64,000 bases of DNA, taken from the NCBI GenBank assembly GCA_009914755.4, contig CP086569.2:33664001-33728000 (forward strand), given 5' to 3'. A program made the translations under genes and the position numbers. The DNA comes from the human T2T-CHM13v2.0 reference genome, Homo sapiens. This document shows positions 57,101-64,000 of this stretch, in pieces. Every line of letters starts with the position of its first letter. The first letter of the stretch is position 1. The notes below the pieces were generated by a model that saw nothing but the letters and a program-made list of their open reading frames with translations, ran no database searches and was not told the DNA's origin.

Positions 57101-60100
57101 GAGTCAAATGGAATGGTCTGGAATGGAATGAACACGAATGTAATGCAATCCAATAGAATGGAATCGAATGGCATGGAATATAAAGAAATGGAATCGAAGA
57201 GAATGGAAACAAATGGAATGGAATTGAATGGAATGGAATTGAATGGAATGGGAACGAATGGAGTGAAATTGTATGCAGTAGAAGGGAATAGAATGGAATG
57301 CAAGCGAAAGGAAAGGAATGGATTGGAATGGAATGGAATTCATTGGAATGGAAGGGAATGTAGTGTAATGGACAGGCCTGGAATAAAGTGGAATGCTACG
57401 GTCTCGAATGGAATAAAAATGTATGGAATGGAATGCAATGAAACGGAATCGAATGTCATAGAATGTAATGGAATGCAAAAAAATGGAATCCAAAATCATT
57501 GACTGGAAAGGCTGGGTGTCGAAAGGAATTGACTCCAATGGAATGGAATCGAATGGAATGGAAGTGAATAGAATCGAACTAAATCGAATGGAATGGAATT
57601 GATAGGAACGGAATGGAAAGGAATGCAATGATTTGGCATGGAATGGAATCGAATGGCATCGAATGGAATGGAATGGAATGCAATGGAATGGAATGTATTA
57701 GAATGTAATGAACTTTAATGGAATGTACTCGAATGGATTCGACTGGAATGGAATGTTCTGGAAGTGAATGGACTCCAATGGAATGGATTCAAAAGGAATG
57801 GAATCGTACGGAATGGAATCTAATGGAATGGAATTAAATGGAAATGAATCAAATTGAATAGCACGGAATTGAATTGAATGGAATGGAATGCAATGGAATC
57901 TAATGAAACGGAAAGGAAAGGAATGGAATGGAATGGAATGGGCTGGAATGGAAAGGAATCGAAACGAATGGAATGGAATCGAAGTGAAGAGACTGGAATG
58001 GAATGCACTGGAATGGAAGGGAGTGTAATGGAAGGTTCTCGAAAAAAATGGAATCGAATGGAATGGAATTGAATGGAACGGAATAGAGTCGAATGGAATT
58101 GAATGGAATGGAATGGACTAGAGTGAAATGGAATCGAACCACAAGGAATGGACAGGAATAGAATGGTCTCGAATTGAATGGAATCGTATGGAATGGCATC
58201 AAACGGAATGGAATGGACAGCCACGGAATGGAATGCACTCGAATGCAATGGAGTCGAAACTAATGGACTGGAATAGAATGGACTCGACTGGTACGGACTC
58301 CAATGGAATGGAATCGAATGGAAGGGAATCGAACGGAATGGACTCGAAGGGAAAAGACTGCAATGGAAAGGTCTCGAATGGAATGGAAATTAATGGAATG
58401 GAATGGAATCGAATGAAATGGAGTCAAAAGGAATGGAATCGAATGGCAAGAAATCGAATGTAATGGAATCGCAAGGAATTGATGTGAACGGAACGGAATG
58501 GAATGGAATCCAAAGGAATGGAATAGAATGGAATGGAATCGAATGGAAAGGACTCGAATGGAAATCACTCGAATAGAATGCAATTTAATAAAATAGGATC
58601 AAATGTAATGGAATGGAATGGAAAGGAATCGAAACGAAAGGAATGGAGACAGATGGAATGGAATGGAACAGAGTGCAATGGTATAGAATGGAATGGAATC
58701 ATCTGGAATGGAATTGAATGGAATGGAATAATATGAAATGGAATGGAATGGAATGGAATGGAATGCCCTTGAATTAAATGGACTGGAATGGAATGGACTC
58801 GAACAGAGTGGAATGGAAAGTGTTGAGATAGAATGGAATGGACTCCTTTGGAATGGTGTAGTATGCAATGCAATCGACTGGCAGGGAATCAAAAGGAATG
58901 TAATGGAATGGATTGGACTGGAATGCAATGGACTCGAATAGATTGGAAACGGAATGCAAAGGAATGGAATGGAATAGTATGGAATGGAATGGAAAGGAAT
59001 GGAGTGGAATAGACTAGAGTGGAATGGAATGGACTGGAAAGCAATGGACTGGAATGGAACTTTCTTGAATGGACTGGAATCAAACGGAATGGAATGCAAT
59101 GCAATCAAATGGCATGGAATAAAATAGAATGAAAGAGAATCAAATGGAATTGAATCGAATGGAATCGAATGGATTGGAAAGGAATAGAATGGAATGGAAT
59201 TGAATTGACTCAAATGGAATGGACTAGAATGGAATGGATTCGAATGGAAGGCAAAGGAATGGAATCTATTGGAATGGACTGTAATGGAATGGAATGGAAG
59301 GGATTGGAATGGACTCGAATGGAATGGACTGCAATAGAAAGGATTCGAATGGAATGAAAAAGAATTGAATGGAATAGAACAGAATGGAATCAAATCGAAT
59401 GAAATGGAATGGAATAGAAAGGAATGGAATGAAATGGAATGGAAAGGATTCGAATGGAATGCAATCGAATGGAATGGAATCGAACGGAATGGAATAAAAT
59501 GGAAGAAAACTGGCAAGAAATGGAATCGAAATGAATGGAGTGTTATGGAACGGACTCAAAAGGAATTGAATGTAATAGAATGGAGTGGAGTGGACTCGAA
59601 TATAATGGACTGGAATGGAATGAAATCACAAGGAATGGGAACGAATGGAATGGAATGGAAAGGAATGGAATCGAATGGAAAGGAATCGAATGGAAGGGAA
59701 TGAAATTGAATCAACAGGAATGGAAGGGAATAGAATAGACGGTAATGGAATGGACTCGAATAGAATGGACACGAATGCTCAAATTGAATGGACTCGACTG
59801 GAATGGAAACGAAAGGAATGTCATCGAATGGAATTGAATGGATTGGAATGAAATCGCATAGAATGGAGTGGAATCAAATGGAATTGAATCGAAAGGAAAG
59901 GAAGCGAATGGACTGAAATGAAATGGAATGGAATTGAATGGAAAGTAATGCAATGGAATAGAATGGAACGAAATTTCACGGAATGGAATCAAACTGAATG
60001 GAATCAAATCAATGGAATCAAATCAAATGGAATGGAAAGGAATTGAATGGAGTAGATTGGATTGGATGGGATTGGAATGAAATGTACTGGAAAGGACTCG

Positions 60101-60664
60101 AATTTCATGAAACGGAATGGAATGAATTGGAACGGAATGGACTCGAATGGAATGGAATGTCATGGAATGGCATCAAATGGAATGGCATCAAATGGAATGG
60201 AATCGAATGCAATGGAATGCTATGGAATGGAATGGAATGCATTGGAATGGAATGTCCTGTAATGGAATGGATTCGAGTGGAATGGAATCGAATATAATGG
60301 AGTCGAATGAAATGGAATTGAAAGGAATGGGATCGAATACAATGGAATATACTGGAATGTAATGTAATGAACTCGAATGTAATTGACTGGAATGGAATGT
60401 ACATGAATGGAATGTAATCGAATGGAAAGTAATCCAATGGAATAGAATCTAATGCAATAAAATCGACTCAGATAGAGTAGAATGTAATGGAATGGAGTGC
60501 AGTGCAATGGAATGGAATGGAATGGAATGCAATGGAATGGAATGGAATGGAATGGAATGGAATGGGATGGAATGGGATGGAATGGTATGGAATGGATAGT
60601 AATGGACTGGAGTGTAATGGACTGGAAAGGAATGGACTCAAATTGAAAGGGCTCGAAAGGAATG
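57101..60664 (+). repeat. HOR unit 17 (3564 bp).
   Basis: Landmark at 57101 and 60665. Confidence 0.85.
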
Positions 60665-63600
60665 GAGTCAAATGGAATGGTCTGGAATGGAATGAACACG
60701 AATGTAATGCAATCCAATAGAATGGAATCGAATGGCATGGAATATAAAGAAATGGAATCGAAGAGAATGGAAACAAATGGAATGGAATTGAATGGAATGG
60801 AATTGAATGGAATGGGAACGAATGGAGTGAAATTGTATGCAGTAGAAGGGAATAGAATGGAATGCAAGCGAAAGGAAAGGAATGGATTGGAATGGAATGG
60901 AATTCATTGGAATGGAAGGGAATGTAGTGTAATGGACAGGCCTGGAATAAAGTGGAATGCTACGGTCTCGAATGGAATAAAAATGTATGGAATGGAATGC
61001 AATGAAACGGAATCGAATGTCATAGAATGTAATGGAATGCAAAAAAATGGAATCCAAAATCATTGACTGGAAAGGCTGGGTGTCGAAAGGAATTGACTCC
61101 AATGGAATGGAATCGAATGGAATGGAAGTGAATAGAATCGAACTAAATCGAATGGAATGGAATTGATAGGAACGGAATGGAAAGGAATGCAATGATTTGG
61201 CATGGAATGGAATCGAATGGCATCGAATGGAATGGAATGGAATGCAATGGAATGGAATGTATTAGAATGTAATGAACTTTAATGGAATGTACTCGAATGG
61301 ATTCGACTGGAATGGAATGTTCTGGAAGTGAATGGACTCCAATGGAATGGATTCAAAAGGAATGGAATCGTACGGAATGGAATCTAATGGAATGGAATTA
61401 AATGGAAATGAATCAAATTGAATAGCACGGAATTGAATTGAATGGAATGGAATGCAATGGAATCTAATGAAACGGAAAGGAAAGGAATGGAATGGAATGG
61501 AATGGGCTGGAATGGAAAGGAATCGAAACGAATGGAATGGAATCGAACTGAAGAGACTGGAATGGAATGCACTGGAATGGAAGGGAGTGTAATGGAAGGT
61601 TCTCGAAAAAAATGGAATGGAATGGAATGGAATTGAATGGAACGGAATAGAGTCGAATGGAATTGAATGGAATGGAATGGACTAGAGTGAAATGGAATCG
61701 AACCACAAGGAATGGACAGGAATAGAATGGTCTCGAATTGAATGGAATCGTATGGAATGGCATCAAACGGAATGGAATGGACAGCCACGGAATGGAATGC
61801 ACTCGAATGCAATGGAGTCGAAACTAATGGACTGGAATAGAATGGACTCGACTGGTACGGACTCCAATGGAATGGAATCGAATGGAAGGGAATCGAACGG
61901 AATGGACTCGAAGGGAAAAGACTGCAATGGAAAGGTCTCGAATGGAATGGAAATTAATGGAATGGAATGGAATCGAATGAAAAGGAGTCAAAAGGAATGG
62001 AATCGAATGGCAAGAAATCGAATGTAATGGAATCGCAAGGAATTGATGTGAACGGAACGGAATGGAATGGAATCCAAAGGAATGGAATAGAATGGAATGG
62101 AATCGAATGGAAAGGACTCGAATGGAAATCACTCGAATAGAATGCAATTTAATAAAATAGGATCAAATGTAATGGAATGGAATGGAAAGGAATCGAAACG
62201 AAAGGAATGGAGACAGATGGAATGGAATGGAACAGAGAGCAATGGTATAGAATGGAATGGAATCATCTGGAATGGAATTGAATGGAATGGAATAATATGA
62301 AATGGAATGGAATGGAATGGAATGAAATGCCCTTGAATTAAATGGACTGGAATGGAATGGACTCGAACAGAGTGGAATGGAAAGTGTTGAGATAGAATGG
62401 AATGGACTCCTTTGGAATGGTGTAGTATGCAATGCAATCGACTGGCAGGGAATCAAAAGGAATGTAATGGAATGGATTGGACTGGAATGCAATGGACTCG
62501 AATAGATTGGAAACGGAATGCAAAGGAATGGAATGGAATAGTATGGAATGGAATGGAAAGGAATGGAGTGGAATAGACTAGAGTGGAATGCAATGGACTG
62601 GAAAGCAATGGACTGGAATGGAACTTTCTTGAATGGACTGGAATCAAACGGAATGGAATGCAATGCAATCAAATGGCATGGAATAAAATAGAATGAAAGA
62701 GAATCAAATGGAATTGAATCGAATGGAATCGAATGGATTGGAAAGGAATAGAATGGAATGGAATGGAATGGACTAGAATGGAATGGATTCGAATGGAAGG
62801 CAAAGGAATGGAATCTATTGGAATGGACTGTAATGGAATGGAATGGAAGGGATTGGAATGGACTCGAATGGAATGGACTGCAATAGAAAGGATTCGAATG
62901 GAATGAAAAAGAATTGAATGGAATAGAACAGAATGGAATCAAATCGAATGAAATGGAATGGAATAGAAAGGAATGGAATGAAATGGAATGGAAAGGATTC
63001 GAATGGAATGCAATCGAATGGAATGGAATCGAACGGAATGGAATAAAATGGAAGAAAACTGGCAAGAAATGGAATCGAAATGAATGGAGTGTTATGGAAC
63101 GGACTCAAAAGGAATTGAATGTAATAGAATGGAGTGGAGTGGACTCGAATATAATGGACTGGAATGGAATGAAATCACATGGAATGGGAACGAATGGAAT
63201 GGAATGGAAAGGAATGGAATCGAATGGAAAGGAATCGAATGGAAGGGAATGAAATTGAATCAACAGGAATGGAAGGGAATAGAATAGACGGTAATGGAAT
63301 GGACTCGAATAGAATGGACACGAATGCTGAAATTGAATGGACTCGAATGGAATGGAAACGAAAGGAATGTCATCGAATGGAATTGAATCGATTGGAATGA
63401 AATCGCATAGAATGGAGTGGAATCAAATGGAATTGAATCGAAAGGAAAGGAAGCGAATGGACTGAAATGAAATGGAATGGAATTGAATGGAAAGTAATGC
63501 AATGGAATAGAATGGAACGAAATTTCACGGAATGGAATCAAACTGAATGGAATCAAATCAATGGAATCAAATCAAATGGAATGGAAAGGAATTGAATGGA

Positions 63601-64000
63601 GTAGATTGGATTGGATGGGATTGGAATGAAATGTACTGGAAAGGACTCGAATTTCATGAAACGGAATGGAATGAATTGGAACGGAATGGACTCGAATGGA
63701 ATGGAATGTCATGAAATGGCATCAAATGGAATGGCATCAAATGGAATGGAATCGAATGCAATGGAATGCTATGGAATGGAATGGAATGCATTGGAATGGA
63801 ATGTCCTCTAATGGAATGGATTCGAGTGGAATGGAATCGAATATAATGGAGTCGAATGAAATGGAATTGAAAGGAATGGGATCGAATACAATGGAATATA
63901 CTGGAATGTAATGTAATGAACTCGAATGTAATTGACTGGAATGGAATGTACATGAATGGAATGTAATCGAATGGAAAGTAATCCAATGGAATAGAATCTA
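60665..64000 (+). repeat. HOR unit 18, partial (3336 bp, truncated by the window end).
   Basis: Landmark at 60665; sequence colinear with other units to the window end. Confidence 0.8.

Larger units (their letters stand above)
1..64000 (+). repeat. Human satellite III (HSat3) GGAAT-pentamer tandem array organised as an ~3.57-kb higher-order repeat; probably DYZ1-type (Yq12).
   Basis: Seen directly: the + strand is almost entirely GGAAT and single-base variants of it, and long landmark strings recur every 3519-3583 bp across the window. One GGCC and one GAATTC per unit. Family name and DYZ1 assignment are from knowledge, not alignment. Confidence 0.9.

Noticed and set aside
1-64000. Hundreds of 60-305-aa ORFs on both strands in the supplied track (e.g. 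305-aa reverse ORFs at 5063..5980, 8645..9562; 134-aa forward ORFs at 3562..3966).
   Set aside because: All are pentapeptide-periodic low-complexity translations of the 5-nt repeat. They overlap one another on both strands, recur at the satellite period, and differ between copies only by frame-shifting indels. No coding signal.
1-64000. CRISPR array (regular short direct repeats).
   Set aside because: There are no unique spacers between repeats. The period is 5 nt within a 3.57-kb HOR, and the sequence is eukaryotic satellite DNA.
1-64000. HSat2 rather than HSat3.
   Set aside because: HSat2 is a much more degenerate derivative (CATTCGATTCCATTC... with frequent ATTCGATG-type units). Here clean GGAAT pentamers and long pure (GGAAT)n runs dominate, which is the HSat3 signature.
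1-64000. Assembly collapse or artifact (near-identical 3.57-kb copies).
   Set aside because: Copies carry distinct, internally consistent private variants and indels (8-bp duplication, 50-bp deletion, 14-bp duplication, tract-length differences) arranged in coherent haplotype blocks. That argues for a genuinely resolved array, though only raw reads could confirm.

Overview
The whole 64-kb window is one uninterrupted tandem satellite array. I see no credible genes, RNA genes, mobile elements, CRISPR array or novel protein system.

The monomer is the pentamer GGAAT on the + strand (ATTCC on the - strand) with diverged variants such as CGAAT, GCAAT, GGACT and GTAAT. That is human satellite III (HSat3) style sequence.

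The pentamers are organised into a long higher-order repeat (HOR) of about 3.57 kb. It is present as 17 complete head-to-tail copies plus one partial copy. Unit lengths are 3564, 3574, 3577, 3569, 3564, 3579, 3572, 3569, 3577, 3569, 3569, 3577, 3569, 3583, 3519, 3569 and 3564 bp. By eye, copies are more than 99% identical to each other.

Each unit carries exactly one GGCC (HaeIII) site and one GAATTC (EcoRI) site that I can find. Together with the 3564/3569-bp unit length, this fits the classical Y-chromosome DYZ1 repeat (HSat3, Yq12 heterochromatin). That assignment is from memory and restriction logic, not from an alignment.

Every ORF in the six-frame track is an artifact of the 5-nt (15-nt = 5 aa) periodicity. 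Forward frames read MEWNG/MESNG-type repeats and reverse frames read IPFHS-type repeats. Purine-rich sequence lacks stop codons.

The structure worth a second look is all at the satellite level:
- a mosaic super-HOR pattern in which variant patches are shared at 2-, 3- and 4-unit distances, including an ~8.6-kb run shared between units 9-11 and units 12-14;
- a recurrent 8-bp tandem duplication at the identical offset in four non-adjacent units;
- a 50-bp deletion in one unit;
- a 14-bp module duplication in one unit;
- a length-polymorphic pure (GGAAT)n/(GGGAT)n core in each unit;
- a more diverged first unit at the window edge.
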